A stretch of 64,000 nucleotides of DNA from a bacterium (GTDB lineage: Bacteria; Krumholzibacteriota; Krumholzibacteriia; G020349025): assembly GCA_031362565.1 (NCBI GenBank), contig JANLSU010000003.1:40512-104511 (forward strand). The letters are read 5' to 3'. Below the pieces are notes generated by a model. That model had not been told where the DNA came from and ran no database searches. It saw only the letters and a list, made by a program, of their open reading frames with translations. The position numbers were made by a program, and so were the translations under genes. Below, in pieces: positions 1 through 9,066 of this stretch. Position 1 is the stretch's first letter. Every line of letters begins with the position of its first letter.

Positions 1-1298
1 TGTTCGAGCTGCTGGGTTCCAAAACCACGAAACACCTGGCACGGATTGCTGCACGCGGGGCATTCCTTGGGCACCGGCCGCGAGTGATCGCAATAGTGGC
101 AGCGCAGGCGCCGGTCGGTGGCATGATAGGTCAGCGAAATATCGCAGTACGGACACTGCACGATCTCGCCGCAGGCAAAACACTGCACATAGTTCGAGTG
201 GCCGCGGCGATTCAGCAATAGAATGGCCTGCTCACGCCGCTCGAGCCGCGCCGCGAGTGCGTCGAGCAGCGGGCGCGACACGATGGCGCCCTTTTCCTCT
301 TCGACTCGCATGTCGACCAGATGTACCTGCGGGAGCGGCCGCGAGTCGACGCGTCCTGGAATGGTCAGCAGCGTGTGCTTGCCGCGCTCGGCATTGTGGT
401 AGCTCTCGAGACTGGGAGTCGCCGAGCCCAGGACGACCGCAGCACCTTCCAGAGTGGCCCGCACGAGCGCCACCGAACGGGCGTGATAGCGCGGCTTCTC
501 GCCTTGCTTGTAGGACGACTCGTGCTCCTCGTCGACGACGATGAGGCCGAGATTCCGGAACGGCGCGAAGATCGCGGAGCGCGCCCCGAGCACGACCTGA
601 ATGTCGCCGCGCGCCGCCGCCACCAAGATATCGTGGCGTTCGGCCGGCGTCATGGCGCTGTGCAGAATGCCGACCGGCGCTCCCAGGCGAGCGCGAAACC
701 GGTCGGCGGCTTGCGGGGTCAGGGCGATTTCCGGAATGAGCACGATGGACGCGCGCCCGCGCGCCAGGGCGTGCCGGATCGCATGCAGATACACTTCCGT
801 CTTGCCGCTACCGGTGACGCCGTGCAAGAGAAAGGCTTCGTAGCCGCCCGACTCCATCCGCGCCGCAATGCGGTCGAGCGCCGTCTGCTGCCAGTCGTTG
901 AGTTGGGTGGGCGGCGCGGCTTCGACGAGGGTGCCTTGGATTTCGGTCTTTTTCTTGTGGCCGCGCGGCGCGGCGCGCTTGCGATCGAGACCGCCCGGCA
1001 GCACGGCGCGCAGCGCCTCGCCCAGCGAACAGGCGTAGTACGACGCGATCCAACGCGCCAACTCCACCAACGGCTCGGTCAACAGCGGCGGGTCGTCGAG
1101 CAACCGCTCGATGGGCTTGATCTTGTCGACTTTCGCCGCCGCCGGAAAACCGACGACATAGCCGACGACATTGCGCCGCCCGAAGGGCACTTGCACGCGC
1201 GCGCCCGGTGCGACCGTCTTCACGAGTGCTTCGGGAATGCTGTACGTATAAAGGTCGCGCAGCGGCAACGGTACCGCAACGTCCACGAGTCGTTCCAT
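1..1298 (-). CDS. priA: Primosomal protein N' (replication restart helicase), 3' end runs off the window
   Basis: Not in the ORF track; translated by hand from ATG 1298: MERLVDVAVPLPLRDLYTYSIP...VPFGRR. Contains Walker A GVTGSGKT, VVDEEHESSYKQ, LGSATPSLES, LNRRG and Cys pairs (CFAC/CPYC/CHYC/CPAC). Confidence 0.96.
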   Translation of the reverse strand, partial: MERLVDVAVPLPLRDLYTYSIPEALVKTVAPGARVQVPFGRRNVVGYVVGFPAAAKVDKIKPIERLLDDPPLLTEPLVELARWIASYYACSLGEALRAVLPGGLDRKRAAPRGHKKKTEIQGTLVEAAPPTQLNDWQQTALDRIAARMESGGYEAFLLHGVTGSGKTEVYLHAIRHALARGRASIVLIPEIALTPQAADRFRARLGAPVGILHSAMTPAERHDILVAAARGDIQVVLGARSAIFAPFRNLGLIVVDEEHESSYKQGEKPRYHARSVALVRATLEGAAVVLGSATPSLESYHNAERGKHTLLTIPGRVDSRPLPQVHLVDMRVEEEKGAIVSRPLLDALAARLERREQAILLLNRRGHSNYVQCFACGEIVQCPYCDISLTYHATDRRLRCHYCDHSRPVPKECPACSNPCQVFRGFGTQQLE

Positions 1299-1387
1299 TT
1301 GGGGCCTTCGGGGGCAACGGGGATCGGAAGACGCCCCGATTCAATCAGGCGCGCGGCGCACTGTCAAGGCAGGCGCGCGGCAACGTG

Positions 1388-1768
1388 TCAGTGTTTCGCG
1401 GTGGCGAGAATCGACTGCACGCGTTCGATGAGTTTGCTCGGGCTGAACGGCTTCGTGATGTAGTCGCTGGCGCCGACTTCCTTGCCGAGCTTCTGGTCGA
1501 CTTCACGGCCCTTGGCGGTGAGCAGGATGACCGGAATCAGTTTCGTCTTGGGGTCGGCCTTGATGAGCCGGCAGGTTTCGTAACCATCGAGCTTCGGCAT
1601 CATGATGTCGAGCACGACGAGGTCGGGCTTTTCGTCGCGAACCTTCTGCAACGCTTGCTCACCGTTGGTCGCAGTAATGACGTCGTAGTTTTCCGCACCC
1701 AGGATGAAATCGAGGATGTGGAGAATGTACACCTCATCGTCGACTACAAGCACTTTGCCGTTGTACAT
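1388..1768 (-). CDS. Single-domain response regulator (receiver only)
   Basis: VLVVDDE...LDIMMP...LLTAKG...YITKPF. Start re-picked at MYNGK behind a G-rich RBS. Confidence 0.92.
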   Translation of the reverse strand: MYNGKVLVVDDEVYILHILDFILGAENYDVITATNGEQALQKVRDEKPDLVVLDIMMPKLDGYETCRLIKADPKTKLIPVILLTAKGREVDQKLGKEVGASDYITKPFSPSKLIERVQSILATAKH

Positions 1769-1864
1769 CCGTGTTGCCCCCCGACTCGCGCTTGTGTCGC
1801 CCCGTGCGTGTTGGCCTTTTGGCTCTCTGGTGCCGCGTCCGTCGGTCGCGACAGGCGGGCAATC

Positions 1865-1880
1865 AGCAAGTCCGGGGCCA
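1865..1880 (-). promoter_or_regulatory. Putative sigma54 -24/-12 promoter
   Basis: TGGCCC-CGGAC-TTGCT (GG-N10-GC), about 100 nt upstream of the receiver gene at 1768. Confidence 0.5.
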
Positions 1881-1919
1881 CCCACGCTCCGCGCGCATCC
1901 TGACGCTGTCCACGCGCGC

Positions 1920-2294
1920 TCAGACGGCCGGGGCCAGCAGCTGATTCACCGTATTGAGCAGGTACTCGACTCCAAACGGCTTGGGCATGTACGCATCACA
2001 CAGCGTTTCGAGTTCGCGGGCTTCGCGTTCCGTCAGTTTTTTGGCCGATAGCGCCAGGATCGCCACGCCCTCCATGAGTTCGTTCTGGCGAGTGATCCGC
2101 ATGGTCTCCAGCCCATTCAGATTCGGCATCATGATGTCCATGACGATGAGGTCCGGGCGATTCACACCCAGATAGCTCAGTGCCTTCATTCCGTCGTTCA
2201 CCCAATCGACCTGGAAGCCCTCGTTGCGAAGGGCGTAGGTCAGAATGGTTGCCAGTGGCTCGTCGTCATCTACGAGCAAGACTCGTCGCTGCAT
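1920..2294 (-). CDS. Single-domain response regulator (receiver only)
   Basis: VLLVDDD...MDIMMP...LSAK...MPKPF. ATG 2294 with GGGGAGAG RBS. Confidence 0.9.
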   Translation of the reverse strand: MQRRVLLVDDDEPLATILTYALRNEGFQVDWVNDGMKALSYLGVNRPDLIVMDIMMPNLNGLETMRITRQNELMEGVAILALSAKKLTEREARELETLCDAYMPKPFGVEYLLNTVNQLLAPAV

Positions 2295-2352
2295 GCACTC
2301 TCCCCCTCGGACGCCTCCGCCCGTGCGGCTTGCAAGGCGTCGGCGTGTTTGG

Positions 2353-3198
2353 TCAATACGGCTGCAGTCCGAAGCGGAACGTCGTACCACGATCGCGCGT
2401 ACTCTCGACTTCGATCCGGCCACCGTGTTGTTCCACGATGGTCTTCACGATCGCCAGACCCAGGCCGGTGCCGCGTTCACGCGCCACCCGTTCGTCGGCG
2501 CTGCGAAACCATGGCTCGAACACCTGTTCCAGATCCTGGGGCGCGATCCCATATCCCTCGTCGCTGACTTCGACGCGGACGCCGTCGCGTGTCGGCATGG
2601 CGCGCACCCGGACCCGGGTGCCGGGCGGCGAAAATTTGACGGCGTTCTGCACCAAATTCAGGAACACCTGCTTCAGGAGATCCGGATCGGCCGCGACCAC
2701 CGGCACCGCGGCGTCGATTTGCAGTTCGAAGTCCGTGCGCCGCGCCGTGAGTGCCGGCTGCAGGGCGGCGCGTACTTCGCCAACCAGATCTTCCAGGCGT
2801 ACGGGTTCCAGCCGCAGCCCGGTGTCGCGGCGCGCGAGTCGCGAGATCTCGAGCGTCCGCTCGACGACGCGCGCCAAGCGGCTGATCTCACGATCGAGCA
2901 CCCCGAGGAACTCCGCACCTTCCGCGAACGACGGATCGCCATAGTTTTCGAGCAAGGTTTCGACATACGCCTTCATGCCGGCGAGCGGCGACGACAACTC
3001 GTGCGCCATGATGCAGAAGGATTGCTCTTTCAGACGCGCGGCGCGTTGCATGGAGTCGATCTCCGCCCGCAGTTCGCGCACTTCGAGCTCGAGGGCGACG
3101 CTTTCCGGAGCCGCCACCGCATTGGGGGCGGGCGGCGCCGTGACGCCGTTCCGGGCCGCGGGCGTCGCCGCGGTGCGGCGTGATCTCGATCCGCTCAT
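2353..3198 (-). CDS. Cytoplasmic histidine kinase (HisKA + HATPase_c) with no evident sensor domain
   Basis: H-box MAHELSSPL, N-box NLVQNAVKF, DEGYGI, GTGLGLAI. ATG 3198 has a GAGGAG RBS; alternative TTG start at 3234. Confidence 0.92.
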   Translation of the reverse strand: MSGSRSRRTAATPAARNGVTAPPAPNAVAAPESVALELEVRELRAEIDSMQRAARLKEQSFCIMAHELSSPLAGMKAYVETLLENYGDPSFAEGAEFLGVLDREISRLARVVERTLEISRLARRDTGLRLEPVRLEDLVGEVRAALQPALTARRTDFELQIDAAVPVVAADPDLLKQVFLNLVQNAVKFSPPGTRVRVRAMPTRDGVRVEVSDEGYGIAPQDLEQVFEPWFRSADERVARERGTGLGLAIVKTIVEQHGGRIEVESTRDRGTTFRFGLQPY

Positions 3199-3230
3199 GC
3201 CCTGCTCCTCGGCCGCCGCGCCAACGCCCT

Positions 3231-4169
3231 TCAACGGCGCCGCTCGGTGACCACGATGCTCCCCGGCCGGCTCTTGCCATAGCGGCGCAATTCCGCCGCG
3301 ACATCCGCCAGACGCCGCACGTGCAGTTCGCGCCCCCGCACGTTGTCCACGACCGCGATGGTGACCGCCAAGAGCGGCACCATTTCGCGCCGCCCGCCGC
3401 GATTCACCATCTCGAAGTAGCCGCGTTCCAGATCGTGTGGAACGAAGAAGCCGCGCGATTCCGCGTCGAACTGCTGCGTGATGCGCTCACCGATGTGCTG
3501 CGCGACGTCGGACGTCGTTAGAACGACGAAATCGTCACCGCCCAAATGGCCCACGAAACGCACCTTGGCCGACTCTTCGTCGAGTGCGTCGGTGAGCAAG
3601 CGCGCCAGCATGCTCAGGACTTCATCGCCCTTTTCGTAGCCGAAGTTCTCGTTGAAACGCTTGAAGTGATCGATGTCGATCGACAAGAACGCGAAGTCGT
3701 CGTCGCTGTTCATGAGACGGGTAATCTCGGCCTCGATTTCGGCCGAGCCCGGCAGGCCGGTGAAACTGCGCTGGCCGTGATGCCGGTGCGCCAATTCCAA
3801 TACGTTCTGGATCCGCAGCAGCAATTCTTCCCAGGAGTACGGCTTCACCAGGAAGTCGTGTGCGCCGGCGACGAGCGACTGGAGTTTCGTGGCCGCATCG
3901 CCGCGCGCCGTAATGACGATGATCGGCAGATGCGTCGTCTGGGGATTGCCGCGCAAAGCCCGCGCCACGGCGAAGCCGTCCATGCCCGGCATCATGAGGT
4001 CGAGCAGCACGACGTCCGGTTTCCAGGTCAGGGCGGTCGGCAACGCTTCCTCGCCACGCCCCAGCCCACGCGCTTCGTGACCTTCGCCACGCAGTTGGAA
4101 AACGAGAATATTTCGCAAATTCTCCTCGTCATCGACGACGAGAATGCGAGCTCGATCCGGCTTGGTCAC
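3231..4169 (-). CDS. Response regulator-diguanylate cyclase (REC + GGDEF, GGDDF variant)
   Basis: REC ILVVDDE/LDLMMP/KP; DIDHFKRFNENFGYEKGD; GHLGGDDF. GTG 4169 with AAGGAGG RBS. Confidence 0.9.
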   Translation of the reverse strand: MTKPDRARILVVDDEENLRNILVFQLRGEGHEARGLGRGEEALPTALTWKPDVVLLDLMMPGMDGFAVARALRGNPQTTHLPIIVITARGDAATKLQSLVAGAHDFLVKPYSWEELLLRIQNVLELAHRHHGQRSFTGLPGSAEIEAEITRLMNSDDDFAFLSIDIDHFKRFNENFGYEKGDEVLSMLARLLTDALDEESAKVRFVGHLGGDDFVVLTTSDVAQHIGERITQQFDAESRGFFVPHDLERGYFEMVNRGGRREMVPLLAVTIAVVDNVRGRELHVRRLADVAAELRRYGKSRPGSIVVTERRR

Positions 4170-4250
4170 GACGGCGCGCCTCCTTGCGATCCGATGCGGA
4201 ACGATTCCACCGCGCGAGAGAACCGTGGAACACGGCCTGTCGCGGCACCG

Positions 4251-4265
4251 GCAATCCATGTGCCA
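4251..4265 (-). promoter_or_regulatory. Sigma54 -24/-12 promoter
   Basis: Exact consensus TGGCAC-ATGGA-TTGC, about 80 nt upstream of the REC-GGDEF start. Confidence 0.75.
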
Positions 4266-4299
4266 CGCGCTTCCGCACTACGCGCGCGTCACGCCCGTA

Positions 4300-5544
4300 T
4301 CATTGCGCGGGCGACGACTGTGGCTCCACGGCCAGGCTCCGCGCCAAATCCTGCGAGCGCGGCACCAGGTCGCGCGCCGGTGAGATCGGGCGCGACGGCG
4401 CCGTCGGCTGTGCCGCGGCCGCGGTCTGCAAGAGCATCTGCGCGTACGCTTCCCAGTGTTGACGCAAGCGGTCATGAATGACGCGCGCCGCCTCGGGGTG
4501 TCCCATATCGGTCTGCAACTCCGCGACGCGGAGCGCATATTCGGGGCTCCCCGGATCGAGCCGCGCGGCGACCGATTCCAACGTCAGGGGAATAACACGG
4601 TAACCGGTGAAGCGCATGGAGCCCGCGAACTGGTCGAGGTCGCGCGCCATCTGCCCCGGGTGGAATGCGACGACGAAGGTGACAAGCGCCGCGACGAACG
4701 CCACGGTGACCGCGTCGCCGCGCACGAGCGTGGTGCGGGCCCGGTTGCGGCGGAAGGAACCACGTTTCGCCTCGGCGAGACGCGCGCCATCCAGCGCGGT
4801 GCCGATCCACAGGAGCGATCCGCCGGCGACAACCGCTGCCGCGATCATGAACAGTGACTCAACGAACGCCTTCGGCATGGCGTCGGCGCCGGTCTTGACG
4901 TTCCAATTCCACAGCAAGCTCGCATTCGCCAATACGAGCGCCGCGAACGTCACGCTGGCGGCGTTCCAAAGCGCCAAGCTGGCGCGCAGGGCGCGCCCGG
5001 CGAGCGCCAGGCCCGAGCCCGGCAGCAACACACCGGCCACACCCGCCGCCCACGGATGCCGCAGCCAGCGCGGCAGCGTCTGCGGCTGAAAGCGTTCGTC
5101 GCGCACGACGTGTTTCACGGCGCGGCTCCAGGCGATCGCGCCCACGACGTAGACGATTCCAAGCGCCAGCAGGAACGGCAGGATCGGCAGGCGGCCGCTC
5201 TGCATCGCGGCCCGCACCGTCGACCAATACCAAACGAGCGTCGCCCAACCGGCGAGCGACAATGTCGACAGCGCCGCCCATGCGAACTTCCGCGGTCCGA
5301 CGCGCAGTGCCAGCGGTGCGATACCACCCAGCGTGTACACGGCGACGAGGGTCCGCATTGCCTTGAAGGGACGGCGGCCCGCCGGTGAAGGTGTCGCCGG
5401 TTGCCGGACCCACGCCTCCGGCACGTCGTCGAGATTCGGAATGCGCGGCGCCTGATGTGACGCACCCGGTGCGTGCACTCGCGACGTCGTCCCGATGTCC
5501 TCGCGCATGTTCGGCACGTCGAGGAGATACACCTTGTCCGCCAT
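4300..5544 (-). CDS. Hypothetical multi-pass membrane protein with a TPR-like helical C-terminus
   Basis: About 7 hydrophobic segments. ATG 5544 with GAAGGAG RBS. No family recognised. Confidence 0.7.
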   Translation of the reverse strand: MADKVYLLDVPNMREDIGTTSRVHAPGASHQAPRIPNLDDVPEAWVRQPATPSPAGRRPFKAMRTLVAVYTLGGIAPLALRVGPRKFAWAALSTLSLAGWATLVWYWSTVRAAMQSGRLPILPFLLALGIVYVVGAIAWSRAVKHVVRDERFQPQTLPRWLRHPWAAGVAGVLLPGSGLALAGRALRASLALWNAASVTFAALVLANASLLWNWNVKTGADAMPKAFVESLFMIAAAVVAGGSLLWIGTALDGARLAEAKRGSFRRNRARTTLVRGDAVTVAFVAALVTFVVAFHPGQMARDLDQFAGSMRFTGYRVIPLTLESVAARLDPGSPEYALRVAELQTDMGHPEAARVIHDRLRQHWEAYAQMLLQTAAAAQPTAPSRPISPARDLVPRSQDLARSLAVEPQSSPAQ

Positions 5545-5645
5545 GTTGGCTCCTTCCGAGCTTGCCGCCTTCATCCAAGGCAGCGCGATTTCGATGGCGT
5601 CTGGGCGTCAGGACCCACGCACATCGAAAGTCGGGCGAGGAACCG

Positions 5646-5660
5646 GCAATCCACATGCCG
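5646..5660 (-). promoter_or_regulatory. Sigma54 -24/-12 promoter
   Basis: CGGCAT-GTGGA-TTGC. Shares TGGATTGCCGGT with the 4251 site and lies about 100 nt upstream of ATG 5544. Confidence 0.65.
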
Positions 5661-5865
5661 CGTACGTCTGGACCACGTTGCGATACCACAAGGGCCAGTG
5701 AGGTAGCGGTCCAGTCGCAATTTGCGTGCGCCGGACCAAGGGCTTGCGGCGCTTGGCAACGCCCGCCGCCACGGGCTCGGCGCGCGCCATTATGATGTAG
5801 TGTCCAGGCAGTGCCCCGTGGCGCGAGTCGCCTTGGCGCTACTCCATTTTGACGGCGAGGTGCAG

Positions 5866-6342
5866 ATGAAACGGATCGCGGCAATCGCAGCGCTCGCAAT
5901 GCTCGCGAGCGCAACCAACATCGCCCGGGCCCAGAGCCAGGGATTCGGACTCGGAGTGATCATCGGCGAACCGACTGGACTCTCGGCCAAGCTGTGGCAG
6001 ACACGGTCCACGGCGCTCGACTTTGGTGCCGCGTGGTCCTTCGTCGACGATGCGGCGTTCCACCTTCACATGGATCTCTTGGTGCACCGCTTCGACGTCA
6101 TTCACGTCGATCGCGGCAAGCTGCCGTTGTACTACGGGTTGGGTGGCCGGGTGAAATTCTCCGACCACAACAACGGCAATCAGGATGCGCATTTCGGCAT
6201 TCGGTTTCCGGTCGGCCTGGACTATTTGTTCGCGCGCGAGCCGCTCGACATTTTCTTCGAGTTCGTACCGATCCTCGACGTGGCGCCAAAGACCGACGTG
6301 TCGCTCAATGCGTCGCTGGGGTTCCGGTACTGGTTCCGGTAG
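5866..6342 (+). CDS. Small outer-membrane beta-barrel protein (DUF3996-like)
   Basis: Signal peptide MKRIAAIAALAMLA, GFGLGVIIGEPTGLSAK, alternating beta strands, C-terminal GFRYWFR. Confidence 0.8.
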   Translation: MKRIAAIAALAMLASATNIARAQSQGFGLGVIIGEPTGLSAKLWQTRSTALDFGAAWSFVDDAAFHLHMDLLVHRFDVIHVDRGKLPLYYGLGGRVKFSDHNNGNQDAHFGIRFPVGLDYLFAREPLDIFFEFVPILDVAPKTDVSLNASLGFRYWFR

Positions 6343-6370
6343 GCGTACGGCGACGGTACGGCGCGAAAAA

Positions 6371-7279
6371 CTATTCGCGTTCGAAGTGGATGTTGACGGA
6401 ACCGTCGGGAGAGTCGGCACGGAACCCCCGATGGCGCTCCAGGAGTTCGATCATGCCGGGCGGCGCGGGGTAACGCCGTTCGCCGTGCACGAGCCGCGGC
6501 GCGCCGATCATGTCGCTGCCGCCGCAAAGGAAAACGCGGCAGTGGGCCGGATCGAGCCGGAACCCGGCGCGTTCTTCCAGCACCCCGCTCGTGAACAGAT
6601 CCTGAATGCGCCCGCCCGGTTCGCCGGGTTCACGGGTCGTGACCGGCACGTACCGGTAGTTCTCGAACAGTTGCGCCAGGTGCTCATGAACGGCACGATA
6701 CGCTTGATCGATGCGCCGCCGGGTCGTGACCACCGATGCGATGCGACCGCGGTGGCCACGGCGCAGCAGTTCCAGGATCATCCGATTGTGTGGCGCCTCA
6801 CCCGTGCCGCTCGCAACAAACAGTACGGAATCGTCAGGCCGCACCGCTGCGAGAGTGTTGCGGCCGTGTGGCATGTCGTCGACCCAGAGCCGGGCGCCGG
6901 GCGCGAGGCCGGCCAGCCGCGCCGGCAATGCGCTGCCACGCGGCGTGTCGCGCCAGAGCGCGACGTACAACTCGTAGTCGGTTTCGTCGTTCGCCGCCAG
7001 CAAACGTGAACCATCCGCCGCCAGGATCGCCGAGCTGATGGAAAACGGCCGGCGCAGGAGGATGTGCGGGGCCTCCGTCTCGGTCTCTTCCGGTCGAAAG
7101 CCCGGCGCCCGCGGTTCCCAGCGTCCAACGCCGATCGCGATCCATTGGCCGGCTTCGTACGGCGGCAGAGGTGCGTCCGGACGCACGTGCAAGATGGCGA
7201 GTTCGGCATGCACCGCGCGCACCGCGACGAGCGTCGCGTTGTAGTGCTCGCGCTCGAGCGCCGCGACGTCAGCGGTCAC
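6371..7279 (-). CDS. Ferredoxin-NADP+ reductase family (FNR-like FAD/NAD-binding) protein
   Basis: RRPFSISS FAD motif, VASGTGEAPH, FLCGG, IHFE. GTG 7279 with GGAGG RBS. Confidence 0.85.
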   Translation of the reverse strand: MTADVAALEREHYNATLVAVRAVHAELAILHVRPDAPLPPYEAGQWIAIGVGRWEPRAPGFRPEETETEAPHILLRRPFSISSAILAADGSRLLAANDETDYELYVALWRDTPRGSALPARLAGLAPGARLWVDDMPHGRNTLAAVRPDDSVLFVASGTGEAPHNRMILELLRRGHRGRIASVVTTRRRIDQAYRAVHEHLAQLFENYRYVPVTTREPGEPGGRIQDLFTSGVLEERAGFRLDPAHCRVFLCGGSDMIGAPRLVHGERRYPAPPGMIELLERHRGFRADSPDGSVNIHFERE

Positions 7280-7310
7280 ATTCCGCCTCCGTGGCCTTGG
7301 CGCGGCCGCA

Positions 7311-9065
7311 TCAATACCCCATCGCGCAGCCGTCTTTGCGCGATTCCGTCGCACCCAAGAGCACATGGCGCTCGGCGTCGAGCCAGATGCCTTGATAGCC
7401 GCCGAAGGTACCGAAGGACTCCGCGATGCGATGGCCCTTGAGAATGAGCGTCCGCACGACATCCTGGGGCACGCCGCTTTCGAGGTGCAGCACGCCGCCA
7501 TCCTGCATGACTTCGCCGGTCGGCTCGCTCGAACCCTCGTGATGGAAGCGCGGCGCATCGCCGGCCTCCTGCACGTTCATGCCGAAGTCGACGATGTTGC
7601 ACAAGACCTGCACGTGGCCTTGCGGCTGGACGTCGCCACCCATCACGCCATAGCTGAAGAGCGGTTTGCCGTCCCGCGTCACGAACGCCGGGATGATGGT
7701 GTGGAACGGCCGTTTCCCCGGCGCATAGGCGTTCGGATGCGCGGCATCGAGGTTGAACAGCGTGCCGCGGTCTTGCAGACAGAACCCGGCGCCTTCGGGC
7801 ACGACACCGGATCCGAATCCCATGTAGTTGCTCTGAATGAGCGACACACAGTTGCGGTCGGCGTCGACCACGGTGAGATACGTCGTATCGCCGGCCCGCA
7901 AGTCGATGTCGCCGGCCGGAATCTTCCGTGCGGCGCGGTCCGGGTCGAAGAGTTTGCCGCGTTCACGGCCATAGTCCTTCGACAAGAGCCGTTCGAGCGG
8001 TGCCTGGGCGAAAGCCGGATCGACGTAGTACCGCGCCCGGTCTTCGTAGACGATCTTCTTCGCTTCGACCATCAAATGCAGGGTGGCGGCCGTGTTGTGC
8101 CCCATTGTCTTCAAGTCGTAGGGCTCGAGCAGGTTCAGCATCTGCAATGCAGCGATGCCTTGGGTGTTGGGCGGCAGTTCCCAGACATCGTAGCCGCGAT
8201 AATTCGTCGACACGGGATCGATCCAGGTCGCGGTGTGGGCCGCCAAGTCTTCCACGGTGATCGCACCGCCGTATTTTTGGACGGCGGCAGCAATCCGCCC
8301 GGCCATTGCGCCCTTGTAGAAGGTATCGCGTCCACCGCGGGAGATGGCCTCGTAGGTGGCGGCAAGATCCGGGTTCTTGAAGATATCGCCGGTCGCGGGT
8401 GTCTTGCCGCCGGGGGCATAAGTGCGCTGCCATTCCGGATATTCCGCGTAACGGCGCACGCCGCGCTGCCAATAGAAGGCGATCACCGGCGGCACGGGAT
8501 GGCCGTCGCGCGCATAGCGAATCGCCGGGGCAAGCACCTTGGACATCGGCAGCTTGCCGAAGCGATCGTGCAGCGCGAACCAACCGCTCACGGCGCCCGG
8601 AACGGTGACCGGCACGCCGCCCAGTTCCGGCATCTTCTGCAAGCCGCGTTTGTGCAGCTCGTCGAGCGTCAGAAGGCGTCCGGCGCGGCCGCTGGCGTTC
8701 AAGCCGTAGAGTTTTTGTGTCTTGGCGTCCCAGACGATCGCGAATAGATCGCCGCCCACCCCGCACGACACCGGCTCCATGAGGCCCAGCGCGGCATTCA
8801 CCGCGATGGCGGCATCGATGGCGTTGCCGCCGGCCTTGAGAATGTCGATTCCGATCTGCGTCGCGAGCGGGTGGGCGCTAGCCACCATGCCGTGCTCGGC
8901 GATCACCGGCGAGCGCATCGCAAAGGGGCGGTCGGTCAGGCGATCGGCGGCATGCGCCGCGGGCGCCAAAGCGAGTCCGGCGAGAACCAGCGTCGTGGTG
9001 CGGTACAGAATGTCCGTCCAACGGCGAACCGCACTGCCGCCGGTCTCGTCTGCGTGGTTCGGCAT
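7311..9065 (-). CDS. ggt: Gamma-glutamyltransferase family (Ntn hydrolase), exported
   Basis: GGNAIDAAIA, CGVGGDLF, nucleophile GDTTYLTVVD, KRPFHTIIP, GVMGG; signal peptide ending AHA. Confidence 0.93.
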   Translation of the reverse strand: MPNHADETGGSAVRRWTDILYRTTTLVLAGLALAPAAHAADRLTDRPFAMRSPVIAEHGMVASAHPLATQIGIDILKAGGNAIDAAIAVNAALGLMEPVSCGVGGDLFAIVWDAKTQKLYGLNASGRAGRLLTLDELHKRGLQKMPELGGVPVTVPGAVSGWFALHDRFGKLPMSKVLAPAIRYARDGHPVPPVIAFYWQRGVRRYAEYPEWQRTYAPGGKTPATGDIFKNPDLAATYEAISRGGRDTFYKGAMAGRIAAAVQKYGGAITVEDLAAHTATWIDPVSTNYRGYDVWELPPNTQGIAALQMLNLLEPYDLKTMGHNTAATLHLMVEAKKIVYEDRARYYVDPAFAQAPLERLLSKDYGRERGKLFDPDRAARKIPAGDIDLRAGDTTYLTVVDADRNCVSLIQSNYMGFGSGVVPEGAGFCLQDRGTLFNLDAAHPNAYAPGKRPFHTIIPAFVTRDGKPLFSYGVMGGDVQPQGHVQVLCNIVDFGMNVQEAGDAPRFHHEGSSEPTGEVMQDGGVLHLESGVPQDVVRTLILKGHRIAESFGTFGGYQGIWLDAERHVLLGATESRKDGCAMGY

Positions 9066-9066
9066 G

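Noticed and set aside
321..1463. Long antisense/shadow ORFs (e.g. 321-1463+, 7365-8747+, 17855-19279+, 31289-32914-, 46161-48131-)
   Set aside because: They mirror well-supported genes on the opposite strand, are Arg/Ala/Pro-rich with no motifs, and are expected at this GC content.
3231..4169. Hypr-type (cGAMP-producing) GGDEF
   Set aside because: The guanine-specifying Asp (GYEKGD) is retained rather than replaced by Ser/Thr.
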